Positions 10,818 to 23,069 of a stretch of 64,000 nucleotides of DNA are shown here, in pieces. The stretch is from contig CM059437.1 in assembly GCA_030390025.1 (NCBI GenBank), positions 27,652,001-27,716,000 of the forward strand. The letters are read 5' to 3'. The notes below the pieces were generated by a model. That model searched no databases. It was not told the origin of the DNA and saw only the letters and a list, made by a program, of their open reading frames with translations. The position numbers and the translations under genes are program-made. Position 1 is the first letter of the stretch. Each line of letters starts with the position of its first letter. This DNA is from Squalus acanthias. Its lineage: Eukaryota.

Positions 10818-12531
10818 AATTAAATAAATCTGTTGGACTATAACCTGGTGTTGTGCGACTTCTCATTTTTGTCCACCCCAGTCCAACGCCGGCATCTCCA
10901 CATCATCATCTCCAACAAGAGAGAGCTAATCACTTCCCCTTGAATTTCAATGGCATCACCATTGCTGAAAACTCCTCCATCAACATTCTGGGGGGAGTCA
11001 CCATTGACCAGAAACTCAACTGGACCAGCCACATAAATGCCTTGGCTACTAGAGCAGGTCAGAGGCTGGGTATCCGGCGGCGAGTGGCTCATCTCCTGAC
11101 TCCCCAAAGCTTCTCCACCACCGGCAAGGTATGTCAGGAGTGTGATGGAATACTCTCCACTTGCCTGGATGGGTGCAGCTGCAACACTCGAGAAGCTCAA
11201 CACCATTCAGGACAAAGCAGCCGCTTGATCGACAGTCCAACCACCATCTAGACATCCACTCCCCGCCACCACCAGTGCACTATAGTTGCAGTGTGTACGA
11301 TCTACAGGTGCAGTCTCCAAGTGTGTACTCTGTATTGTACCTTGTATTCTGTGGCTCCAAGGTTGCAGCATATCACTGGTGGACTCCAAAGATTCTGACA
11401 CTTTTCCCTGAATAAATCAAGGGCTGGAAAATTAAATACCTTTACTGTTCCTTTCTGCTTCACTTTCTGTGATCTTCTGGCTTGATTTCTTTATCTACTG
11501 AACTGGTTTCAATGATTTAACTCTGCTTAATTCTCTCAGGAGGGATTTCTCTCTCCTCCTTCTTGATCTCTGCCATTTTGTCCCTCTACGGGGTGGAATT
11601 CTGCTTTTAACAATACGCACTGTGTCTCAAGGCAGCCTTGGCATGGGTCTATCCAGCAGCCTGGAGCAATGCTTCGCTCTGCCTCGCAAGTCTGATTTGG
11701 AAACTGCCGTGGCTTCTGGCCATATCTTCCGCTTGGTGCGGCAGAATTCCAGAGGGGCATCATGGAGGAAATGGAAATGACAGCATAAATACTGCAGCAA
11801 CTTCCCCGCCCCGCCCCCCCCGGGTAAACACTGGAGGTGCGGCTTTGACTAAAAGGAGCCTTTCCTACATCTAACTCACAAGGCAGAGTCGTTGCATCAG
11901 GCTATCTTCACACTAACGGATTCTGGTGTATCTTGGTGGATTATTGCCTTCCTGGAGATGATGAATGCCCATGATGAGAAAGAGAACGTTTTTCCTCTTC
12001 TGTCACCAAGTATCAACATGAAGACATCCAGGGTGAGATTTAGCATAGTGTGGATGCCGATCTAAGCTCCTTTCACCCTGCCCTAACAATGAACCTTGAC
12101 CTCAACCTCAGAAAGGCACCCTCTTGTGCCAAGCACATTTCCATTGTCCACAAGAGCCATCTTTTGCTGTCTCTGTTTCTCATTGTCAGCTCAGTGCTAA
12201 ATGACACCAAATTGTTGAGGTAGAGACTTCTGCCTACCAGGAACTGGATTAAGACTACCAGACTCACTTCACATGGAAGCCGTACAGCCAGCAGTATGAG
12301 CTAGATCCCAACCTAGGGGTAAGCAGGCAGGCTGGAGAGACGGAAAATGTGGTGTGCCAAAGACAAGGGAGGAATCACTCCTACATTCAGAGCGGCATGA
12401 AGCTACTGTCTTCAGCAGTATGTCCCCATCTTCATTTACAGTCTCAGAAACATCACCATGTACAGCAACATTGGAACAGAAGCACTTCTCAAGCTCTTAA
12501 CAGCTCACATTCATTTCCCCATTGAAGACTT

Positions 12532-13016
12532 GGGGGAAAATTTCGGTGTCGCCCCTTCTGGGGCGCTAACGTCGCCGGGGCGCTACTGGAAGCACTCCAC
12601 CTCCTGCTTGAGGTGCTACAACTGAAGTTCGCAGCGTTCCATGCAACAGTGTCGTGTCATTGCTGGCCTCCCAACCCTGATTAAAGGGGAGGGGCCTAGC
12701 ACTGCGCGCACCGGGGCCCTGCTAGACCACCGGGGAGCGGGGTGCCGTGAAAACAGCCCGACACGCAAGAGGAGTGCCGGGCTGAGTGATCGCGTTCGGC
12801 ACCCCGAAGAAAAAAGGGGAAGGGGGCAGGTGCGGCGATAGGTCAGGGGCGCAAGCCATGTTTACGGCCGGGGCACGAGCGGGGCGCGACCGGCTACCAC
12901 CGCCGCTAACCTCCCGCTAAATTTCGCGGGAGGTGTTAGCGGCGCCTCGCCTGGGCGCTAGGGGATTTGCGCCCTATGGCGCTAACGAGAGGCGCAAACC
13001 AACCCAATTTTTCCCA
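12532..13016. mobile_element. GC/CpG-rich MITE-like element
   Basis: Ends GGGGGAAAATTT ... AATTTTTCCC; repeated CGCTAA motifs; no coding signal. Confidence 0.55.
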
Positions 13017-13175
13017 GATAGAATCTTGCAGCACAGAAGGAGGCCATTCGGCCCACCATGTCTGTGCTGGCTCTTTGGAAGAGCTCACCAATCAGTCCCA
13101 CTCCCCTTGCTCTTTCCGCATAGTCCAGCAATTTTCTCCCCTTCAAGTATTTATCCAATTCCCTTTTGAAAGTTA

Positions 13176-16100
13176 GAAACATAGAAGATAGGAGCAGGAA
13201 TAGGCCATTCGGCCCCTCGAGCCTGTTCCGCCATTTAATGAGATCATGGTTGATCATCCAAATTCAGTACCCTGTCCCTGCTTTCTCCCCATATCCCTTG
13301 ATTCCTTTAGCCTTAAGAAATATATCTAACTCCTTCTTGAATATATTTAATGAATTGGCCTCAACTGCCTTGTGTGGTAGAGAATTCCACAGGTTCACCA
13401 CTCTCTGGGTGAAGAAATTCCTCCTCATCTCAGTCCTAAATGGCTTACCCCTTATCCTTAGACTGTGACCCCTGGTTCTGGACTCCCCCGCCATCGGGAA
13501 CATCCTTCCTGCATCTAGTCTGTCTAGTCCTGTTAGAATTTTATAAGTTTCAATGAGATCCCCTCTCATTCTTCTAAACTCAAGCGAATATAAGCCTAAT
13601 CGACCCAATCTCTCTTCATACGTCATTCCTGCCATCCCAGGTATCAGTCTGATGAATCTTCGCTGCAGTCCCTCCATGGCAAGAACATCCTTCCTCAGAT
13701 AAGGCGACCAAAACTGCACACAATACTCAAGGTGTGGTTTCACCAAGGCCCTGTACAACTGCAGCAAGACATCCTTGCTCCTGTACTCGAATCCTCTCGC
13801 TATGAAGGCCAACATACCATTTGCCTTCTTAACCGCCTGCTGCACCTGCATGCTTACCTTCAGCGACTGGTGCACAAGGACACCCAGGTCTCGTTGCACT
13901 TCCCCTTTTCCCAATCTATTGCCGTTCAGATAATAATCTGTCTTCCTGTTTTTGCCACCAAAGTGGATAACCTCGGATTTATCCACATTATACTGCATCT
14001 GCCATGCATCTGCCCAATCACCCAAACTGTCCAAATCATACTGGAGTTTCTCTGTATCCTCCTCACAGCACACACGCCCACCCAGCTTTGTGTCGTCTGC
14101 AAACTTGGAGATATTACATCTAGTTCCCTCGTCTAGATCATTAATATATATTGTGAATAGCTGGGGTCCTAGCACCGATCCCTGCGGTACCCCACTAGTC
14201 ACTGCCTGCCACTCGGAAAAAGACCTGTTTATTCCAACTCTTTGCTTCCTGTCTGCCAACCAGTTCTCTATCCAAGTCAGTACCTTACCCCCAATCCCAT
14301 GTGCTTTAACTTTGCACGCTAATCTCTTATGTGGGACCTTATCGAAAGTCTTCTGAAAGTCCAAATACACCACATCCACTGGTTCTCCCTTATCTATTCT
14401 ACCAGTTACATCTTCAAAAAATTCCAGTAGATTAGTCAAGCATGATTTACCTTTTATAAATCCATGTTGACTTTGTCTGATCCTGTCACTGTTTTCCAAG
14501 TGCTCTGCTATTACATCTTTTATAATGGACTCTAGCATTTTGCCCACTACCGATGTCAGGCTTACCAGTCTATAATTCCCCGTTTTCTCTCTACCACCTT
14601 TTTTAAATAGTGGGGTCACATTAGCTACCCTCCAATCCATGGGAACTGTTCCAGAGTCTATAGAATTTTGGAAGATGACCAGCAATGCATCTACTATTTC
14701 TAGGGCCACTTCCTAAGTACCCTAGGATGTAGATTATCAGGCCCTGGGGATTTATCGGCCTTCAATCCCGTCAATTTCCCTAACACCATTTCCCTACAAA
14801 TACTGATTTCATTCAATTCCTCCCTCTCATTAGACCCTATGTTCCCAGACATCTGTGGGAGGTTATTTGTGTCCTCCTTTGTGAAGACAGAACCAAAGTA
14901 TGTATTTAATTGGTCTTCCATTTCTTTGTTCCCCATTATAAATTCCCCTGATTCTGACTGCAAGGGACCTATGCTTGACTTCACCAATCTTTTTCTCTTC
15001 ACATATCTATAGAAGCTTTTACAGTCAGTTTTTATGTTCCCTGCAAGCTTACTCTCATATTTTATTTCCCCCCTCTTAATTAATCCCTTTGTCTTCCTTT
15101 GCTGAATCCTAAACTGCTCCCAATCCTCAGGTTTGCTGCTTTTTCTGGCCAATTTATATGTCCTCTCCTTGGATCTTATGCTATCCCTAATTTCCCTTGT
15201 TAGCCACGGTTGAGTCAGCTTTTTTGTTTTATTTTTATGCCAAACAGGGATGAACAAATTCTGTAGTTCATCCATGCGATCTTTAAATGTTTGCCATTGC
15301 CTATCCACCGTCAACCCTTTAAGTAACACTCCCCAATCCATCCTAGCCAACTCGCACCTCATACCATCGTAGTTTCCTTTATTTAAATTCAGGACCCTAG
15401 TCTCTGAGTCAACTACTTCATTCTCCATCTTAATGAAGAATTCTATCATATTATGATCGCTCCTTCCCAAGGGGCCTCGCACAACAAGATTGCTAATTAA
15501 TCCTTTCTCATTACATAATACCCAGTCTAAGATGGCCTGATCTCTAGTTAGTTCCTCGACATATTGGTCCAGGAAACCATCCCGTATACACTCTAGGAAT
15601 TCCTCCTCCACAGTATTGTTACTAATTTGGTTAGCCCAATCTATATGTAGATTAAAGTCACCCATGATAACTGCTGTGCACTTATTGCACACATCTCTAA
15701 TTTCCCATTTAATGCCATCCCCAACCTCAGCATTACTGTTTGGGGGTCTGTATACAACTCCCACTAACGTTTTCTGCCCCTTGGTATTTCTCAGCTCTAC
15801 CCATACAGATTCCACATCATCAGAGCTAATATCCTTCCTTACTATTGTGTTAATCTCCTCTTTAACCAGCAATGCTACCCCACTTCCTTTTCCTTTTTGC
15901 CTGTCCTTCCTGAATATTGAATACCCCTGGATGTTGAATTCCCAGCCTTGGTCACCCTGGAGCCATGTCTCTGTAATCCCAATTATATCATATCCGTTTA
16001 CATCTATTTGCGTAGCTTATTCATCCACCTTATTACGAATGCTCCTCGCATTAAGACACAAAGCCTTCAGGCTTGTTTTTTTAACACTCTTTGTCCTTTT

Positions 16101-16396
16101 TGAATTATTATTTACTGTAGCCCTGTTTGATTTACACCCTTGATTTCTCTGCCTTCCACTTTTGCTTTTCTCCTTCCTGTCTTTTGTTTCTATCCTTGCT
16201 TCCCTTTCCTCTGTCTCCCTGCACAGGTTCCCAACCCCCTGCCATTTTAGTTTAAACCCTCCCCAACAGCACTAGCAAACACTCCCCCTAGGACATCGGT
16301 CCCGGTCCCGCCCAGGTGCAAACCGTCCAGTTTGTACTGGTCCCACCTCCCCCAGAACCGATTCCAATGTCCCAGGAATTTGAATCCCTCCCCCTT
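13176..16396 (-). mobile_element. Young 5'-truncated CR1 LINE: end of ORF1 plus ORF2 (APE endonuclease and RT) with two visible lesions
   Basis: ORFs 14700-15872 (GVVYRPPN, GDFN, SDHNMI) and 13264-14709 (RT) are joined by a 1-nt frameshift near 14712; in-frame stop near 16018; inserted into an older CR1 tail (13017-13175 resumes at 16397) with GTTA on both sides. Confidence 0.93.
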
Positions 16397-17953
16397 GTTA
16401 CTATTGAATTTGCTTCCACCGCCCTTTCAGGCAGCGCATTCCAGATCACAACAACTCGCTGTGTAAAAAAAATTCTGCTCATCTTGCCTCTGGCACTTTA
16501 AAGAATTTCAGATTTGACTTTGGCAAATATTCAACCGATGCACAAAATAAGAACACCTGTCAGATCAGAAAAGGCCATGTGGTCCATCAAGCCCATTCCT
16601 TCCACAGACCAGGCAAAATCTGTTCTTTCCTGCATTCTACCCAATTTCTCTAATGAGTACATGATAGGGCAAAGGGTGATAAATGTTTGGAATAATCGGC
16701 CAGGGAGGATATTAGAGGTGAAACATTAGGGAGGTTCACGATGCAGCTGGGTGCTGTAATGGCTACTGGCGAAACGAGCTTCCATTGGCCAGGCGGCCTA
16801 ACCTCATCCCCGACTCTTCTGTTTCATTTCCTGAAGGAAGTTTTGCAAAACCAATGAAGCAAACCTCCAAAATATTATATTACATCCTATGTTTGTTGTC
16901 CCGGATCTTTGACAGGAAGGATGCCGTTTTTTAACCAGCTTGCTGTTTTTCTTTCTTTGATGTTTCGTTCCGTATCATGACATCATCGTGCAATTTGTAT
17001 TAAATAGAAAAATCTATCTTCGTTTTCTTTCTCCTCCGTGCCAATTTTCTTGTCTCCTGGAGTTTTTCCAGGTGTTTTGATTGGTCCTTTGGCTCTTTGC
17101 CCAAGTGGCCATTATTCACACGTGTGCCTTGACCCACGAGTGGCGGCAGGCTATTCGACTGTGGAGGGCTTCGCAGATCAGCCTCATCGTGCAATCACTT
17201 GACATCCACACGTGTGCACGTTACAGCAAGTGGGGTGGTTGCGCGGGGGCGGGGGGGGGGGTGCGGTTTCCGATGGTTAGCCACCGGGACTGGGAATCCG
17301 GGCCCATTTTTCCCTGCCTAACCCGGGAGCGGTGCCGCCAATTATAGTGCCCTTACGAGCACGCTGGCTGGGATCAGTTAACTCGGCACAGGCCATGGAT
17401 TGAACCTGGGGCCTTCCTGGTGTGGCTCTAAGACTCAATGGACAAGCTTGCTGGCTCACTGGCACAGCTCACTCGATGAAGCATTCGCACAATTGATTTA
17501 CACGTGCAGCAACGAATGTACTTAAATTTAGTTTTGAATAATAACGGTCAAAATAATTGCTGTCAATGTTTGAACTAAATCCCCAAGGGCTCCAAAAGCA
17601 CTTTCACACCAAGCTGAGACGTAAAAATAGAGGTGACTCACGCTAGATTACGACGCATTCGGATCTCATTACACCCACTGCGCCAACAAATAACACACAG
17701 GCAGCAAGAGTGCCACCTATTTATACCGGGGAAACGCTTCAAACTATTAGCAGCATGGTGATAGTTATCGGTTCAAAAGAATGAGCTACCCAGTTCTACA
17801 AAGGCACTGAAAGTCCAGCGATTAAATCAAACTTTTGTGGTTGCTACGGCTTGTTGTTAAGATACAAATACCACACCAGTCACAGGGCCATGTTCATGTC
17901 GGTTTCCACTCAAGACACAATAAATCATAATTATGTATCGGAGTGCTACTTTT

Positions 17954-18280
17954 GGGTACCGTAATACCCAATGTATTGTAGCTCTAATATCGGGTACCGT
18001 AATACCCAGTGTATTGTAGCTCTAATATCGGGTACTATAATACCCAGTGTATTGTAGCTCTAATTTCGGGTACCGTAATACCCAGTGTATTGTAGCTCTA
18101 ATATCGGGTACCGTAATACCCAGTGTATTGTAGCTCTAATATCGGGTACTGTAATACCCAGTGTATTGTAGCTCTAATTTCGGGTACCGTAATACCCAGT
18201 GTATTGTAGCTCTAATTTCGGGTACTGTAATACCCAGTGTATTGTAGCTCTAATTTTGGGTACCGTAACACCCAGTGTAT
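17954..18280. repeat. Minisatellite, 38-bp unit, ~8.6 copies
   Basis: GGGTACCGTAATACCCAGTGTATTGTAGCTCTAATATC starting at 17954, 17992, 18030 ... 18258. Confidence 0.95.
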
Positions 18281-18787
18281 AAGTTATAATTACATAGAAA
18301 CCACACTGATGGTACTGAATTTTCCACCCATTGACTATGAGTAGAAAATCTAGCCCAATCAAGTATTTTGTGCTGGACAGTTAAATCACCAGTTGCACCT
18401 CACCAAGTTTGTATTAGAATTGACATGAAGCGGTCTTACTAAAAACTCGATGCAGTACCAACGGGACTGGAAGGTAGTAGCATTTGCCAGACTGAGTTAA
18501 AAATAACACTGGACCCGTGTAAGCATTTCCTCAATAATTTTCCGAGGATCAAACACAACTATTTTTGGAATGTTAAACAAGGGCTAATTGAAGCGTTCAT
18601 TTATAAAAACGAGAAGCAGGAGCCTTAAGTATTGACTTTTTTCCCCTCCCCTCCTCCTCCACTGATGGCCCGCTCGTGTACAGTTTTATGAGTGTCAGCA
18701 GCCCTCTGGCACCTTGCCCAGGTATCCATGTTTCAGGTTTTGAGCCCAGACAGCGAGTATGAGGAGCTACTGTACCATCGAGGGATC

Positions 18788-19315
18788 TCCTTCTTCTTAG
18801 GCAGTCCCTCGGAACCGAGGATGACTTGCTTCCACATTAAAAATGGTTCTCAGGTGACTGATGAGTCCAATGCGGGACCTACAGTCTCTGTCACAGGTGG
18901 GGCAGATGGTGGTTGAAGGGGCGGGTGGGTGGGGTGCTTGGGTTGACGTGCGCTCCTTGTGCTGCCTGCGCTTGGCTTGCGCTTGCTCCCAGCGAAGAGA
19001 CTCGAGGTGTTCGGCGCCTTCCCGGATGCTTCTCCTCCACTTTGTGCGGTCTTGGGCCAGGGATTCCCAGGTGTCGGTGGGATGTTGCACTTTTTCAAGG
19101 CGGCTTTGAGGGTGTCCTTGAAGCATTTCCTCTGCCCACCTGGGGCTCTCTTGCCGTGACGGAGCTCTGAGTAGAGTGCTTGTTTTGGGGGTCTCGTATC
19201 GGGCATGCGGACGATGTGACCCGTCCATCGGAGCTGATCGAGCGTGGTCAAAGCTTCGATGCTGGGGATGTTGGCCTGAGCGAGAACACTGACGTTGGTG
19301 CGCCTATCCACCAAC
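18788..19315 (-). mobile_element. RTE-clade LINE 3' fragment
   Basis: QLRWTGHIVRMPDTRPPKQALYSEL, WESLAQDRTKWR and CPTCDRDCRSRIGLISH motifs; (AAG)n tail. Confidence 0.88.
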
Positions 19316-19770
19316 CATCGAGGGATCACAGCCCCGCTGGATCCTGTCCTTGCCCAGCACCTACATGCATGTAGCCTCCAGCAGAGGTCACTGTTTCACA
19401 ATCAGAAGCGGGAACGGTGGCTGATCTTTGCACTGCCTCGTCCACGATCACTTGATACCAACTTTCCTACACCCTCCATTAGTCCCCTCGTCCTGATCAG
19501 TTAACCCAGCACAGGTCAATGCTTCAATCTAGGTCCTTCCTGATCTGTATGCCTCAGCAGTATACCATAGTGGGGCAGTTATCCATCAGGAATATCCACA
19601 TCATATTTTTGTATTTTCTTAGTACATTTTAAAACAAATTGTAATATATGAACGGGATAGATGTGGAATTAAAGTGAATAATATTTGAATCAAACTCAAT
19701 GGTTCATATACCGATAGAGATTTTTTGAAATGTGTCTTTCATGTAAAATTCCCGCCATGTCTCCTTCTTT

Positions 19771-19915
19771 CCTGATACCCTCTCCAACCTCTCTCCTCTT
19801 CCCCCACTCCTTCTCTCCTGATACCCTCTCCAACCTCTCTCCTCTTCCCCCACTCCTTCTCTCCTGATACCCTCTCCAACCTCTCTCCTCTTCCCCCGCT
19901 CCTTCTCTCCTATCC
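19771..19915. repeat. Polypyrimidine tandem repeat, 46-bp unit, ~3 copies
   Basis: CCTGATACCCTCTCCAACCTCTCTCCTCTTCCCCCACTCCTTCTCT at 19771, 19817 and 19863. Confidence 0.9.
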
Positions 19916-19944
19916 CCTCCCCTATACCCCTCCCCCCCTTGTGT

Positions 19945-20340
19945 TTATATAGCATTTTCCATGTCCTCGAGATGCTTTTCAACCAACCTTTTTGAAGTGC
20001 AGTGATGGTTGTTATGTATGCAAATGTGATGGCCAATTTGGAAATAGCAAGGTCCCAGAAAATGTAAATGAATTATCAGATAATAGGATTTGGTGGTGTA
20101 GGGTAAAGGAACATTGGTGAGGACACTTGGAGAACTCTCTACGCTTCTTTAAGTGGTGCCCACCTGAGCAGACAGACGAGGCTCCAGTTTAACATCTCAG
20201 CTGGAATATGGCACCTCCAACAATGCCGCACTCCCGCAGTACTGCACTTGTGTCGGCCTGGATTACATGCCTAGGTCTTGTTGTGGGACTTAAACCCACA
20301 ACCTTCTGACTTAAAGGCAAGAGTGCTACCAACTGACCCT
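19945..20340 (-). mobile_element. Degenerate DeuSINE
   Basis: Diverged reverse-complement head and core. Confidence 0.65.
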
Positions 20341-20464
20341 TGACCGAGTTTAACCTGCTCCCCTGAGGTAACTTGATTTTGTGGTTAAATGGCTAATTCG
20401 TAGCACCTGTTCAATGGGGCAAGCTGGCTTCACCACACCTATCGGTTTTTGCACCCCCTTTAAA

Positions 20465-21022
20465 ATTGTACCATTTTGTTTATATTGCCTCTCCTCATTC
20501 TTCCTACCAAAATGAATCATTTCATACTTTTCTGCATTAATGCCACGTGTCTGCCCATTTCACCAGTCTTTCTATGTCCTCCTGAAGTCTGTTACTATCC
20601 TCCTCACTGTTTACTACATTATCGAGTTTCATGTCATCTGCAAACTTTGAAATGATGCCCTGTATACCCAAGTCCAGGTCTTTAATATATATCAGAAAGA
20701 GCAGTGGTCCTAATACCAACCCCTGGGAGACATCACTGTATACCTCCCTCCAGTGTGATAAACAACCGTCACCACTACTCTGCTTTCTGTCCCTTAGCTA
20801 ATTCTATACCCATGCTGTCACTGCCGCTTTAATTCCATGGGCTTCAATTTTGCTAACAAGTTTATTATGTGGCACTTTATCAAACGCCTTTTGAATGTCC
20901 ATATATACATCATCAACCACACTATCCTCATCAACCCTCCCCGTGACTTCATCAAAGAACTCGATCAAGTTCGTCAAACACGATTTGCAATAAACAAATC
21001 CGTGCTGGCTTTCATTTATTAA
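20465..21022 (-). mobile_element. CR1 RT fragment
   Basis: SQHGF, KSCLTNLIEFF, QKAFDKVPH and KFADD motifs with frameshifts. Confidence 0.85.
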
Positions 21023-21430
21023 ATCACAAGGTGAAGAAGCCACAAAAATTGATTGTCCCTTCAATTCATTCACTGGTTAAATGGAAAAACCTCATCTGTT
21101 CTGACAGCTTGTGGGCTCCTCACTGAAAGGCAGCATTCAAGATCCACATATTTGATTTTATTGCGAACATATGCGGTTCCTCTCTTTTTGTACAAACTGT
21201 CCCAATGAATAGGATTTGGAACAGACTACATCAAGCCATGGTATGATTGGTGTAAGGACCCAATGGGAATAAGGAAGACAACAGAGATGTGGTAGCACAA
21301 TGGAAGCAGCAATTGAAACCATCAAACACAATAATTACAGTAAGGGATCTTATAATTATCAAACAGTGAAAAGCCGAAGCTAGTGTTAGTAACTTAGAGG
21401 GGAACGAAAGGTACTTCAAAAGTATATAGT

Positions 21431-22154
21431 GGCCCAAAAATTCGTGAGGAAGCCTTCGTGCGAGGGTAAGGCCTCCCCGCGATCTCTCACTCCGCGTTGG
21501 CTTTTTCAGTTCCAGCTCGCACGAACTTGATGTTCTGGACAGCTGCTGTGCTGGGCTTGCGTATCCCACCGGCGTAGTTAATTCGTGCGAGCTGTGGGAT
21601 CATGTGACTCAGTTAGAGCCAATGGCAGCACACCATCTTCCATTCATAACTTTCACATAAGTGCTGTGAAAGTTATGAATACTATAGCCCCCCAAAAGAA
21701 CCGCTAAACCTCAATTAAATTTTAAAAAAAAACCATCACATTAATAAAATAAGTATAGTTAAATAAATTAACCATTTTAAATAAAAAATTAAATTTTTGA
21801 AAAAATTTAAAATCTTTTAAAAAGTTATAAAAATAAACTTACCTGTCTTTAAAGTCTCTAAAAAAGATATACCTGTTAAAAAAAATTCAAAATAATACTT
21901 AATTCACTACTTACCTTGTTAAAAGTGGGTCTTACTCCTTTTTTTATGTGTAGAATCTTCCGTACTTACCTGCGCGTTGAAACCACTAAGTGCACAGTGT
22001 GCGCGCAGCCTGTAGCGCGCACGCGGTTCACCTAGGACCCGCCCCCTTTTCCATTCACCAAGTGCCGGTTTTCAGCGCATGCGCAGTGCATGCAGAAAAC
22101 CGGCAATTGGAGACAGAATACGCGAGAGTACGCACCGGCACTAATTTTTGGGCC
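21431..22154. mobile_element. MITE family A, copy 3 (inverted relative to copies 1 and 2)
   Basis: TIRs GGCCCAAAAATT / AATTTTTGGGCC; reverse complement of 8296-9038. Confidence 0.85.
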
Positions 22155-23004
22155 AATATAATCCTTCGTGGCAGCGAACATTGTTTTTCAGTGAACTGCC
22201 AGGCAGCTTCAGATTGGCTCTCAGGCTGGTCTATGGTTGAGGAAGCCTCTGCTCTTGGGAAGGTTTCCCATTGGTGACATTATGGATTCATCTAACTGAC
22301 CTGGTGGGTTCCCTCTGGAGGTACAGACCCGACATTTAACAAAAACATCACTCAGTATTTTCCTGAACATAGATTTTGTCAAGATCTTTGAGGGGTGTTT
22401 TTGAATAAAATGCGAAGGCTTTCAGTTATATAGTGCATGATTATATCTCTCGGAAACCCCCAGGAGGGCTTCGCATACAATGGATTACTTTGAAGTGTAG
22501 TGACTGTTATTATATTGGCAAACACAGCAGCAATTTTGCAAACCACAGGACCCCATAAACAGCATTGAGATGAATTATCAGTTAACCAGCATTTGGTGGT
22601 GGTGTTGAGAGAGGAATATTGCTGAGGAAACTCAGAGTGCCTCACTTCTCTTCTTGAAATAGTGTTGTGGGAACTTTAAAGTCCACCTGACCAGGGCCTT
22701 GGTTTAATGTGTCATTTGCTCTCCCTCTGGGGTTTCCTTCCCATTTGAGTTAGGACTTACTTGGAAGAAGCCAAGCCAAAATCAGAATAGCTGCTCATCT
22801 GTAACGTCGCTTGCCTGAAATGGGCTGGTTGATCTGTGTCATGAGGTTGGTTTCAAAGAAGTTGCTTCCTTACAAAAAAACTGGATCACTCTCAGTCGTT
22901 CCGACTTCCCTGGCAATGTTACTCCCTTATTACAGCCAGTTGGCCCCTGACCCCCCTGCCCACCATGGCAAGTTTACTGTCCCTAGTCGAGAGTCTGACA
23001 GTAC

Positions 23005-23069
23005 CTGACATGCTGGTGGATTTCATTGAGGACTGACTGTTCTTCCGTTTTCTCTTTCCATCAGGCCAC
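23005..23069 (-). CDS. thra: Thyroid hormone receptor alpha coding exon (A/B domain with basic NLS)
   Basis: Translates (R)WPDGKRKRKNSQSSMKSTSMS(G), the TRalpha-specific N-terminal motif; TTGCAG acceptor and GTACTG donor; 65 bp ending in phase 1, joining exon 1940-2040 in frame (G+GG=Gly) across a ~21 kb intron. Confidence 0.92.

Larger units (their letters stand above)
10352..10906. mobile_element. Penelope-like element insertion with inverted pseudo-LTR arms (10348-10594 and 10626-10872)
   Basis: Arms are reverse complements; each holds a hammerhead motif and an AATAAA; the right arm has a ~34-nt extra tail; CATCTCCAACAA is duplicated at 10340-10351 and 10907-10918. Confidence 0.88.
9860..11306 (+). 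mobile_element. Decayed non-LTR retrotransposon RT region, interrupted by a Penelope-like insertion at 10352-10906
   Basis: LDIKAAFDRVW, FTDD and ILGGVTIDQKLNWTSHI motifs; homologous to 59030-60178. Confidence 0.85.

Noticed and set aside
17000-17194. Basic ORF ending ARRRKKTK
   Set aside because: Overlaps a SINE-like repeat and a pyrimidine tract, with no splice or homology support.
17954-18280. CRISPR-like array
   Set aside because: Units are directly adjacent with no unique spacers, there are no cas genes, and the context is a eukaryotic intron.
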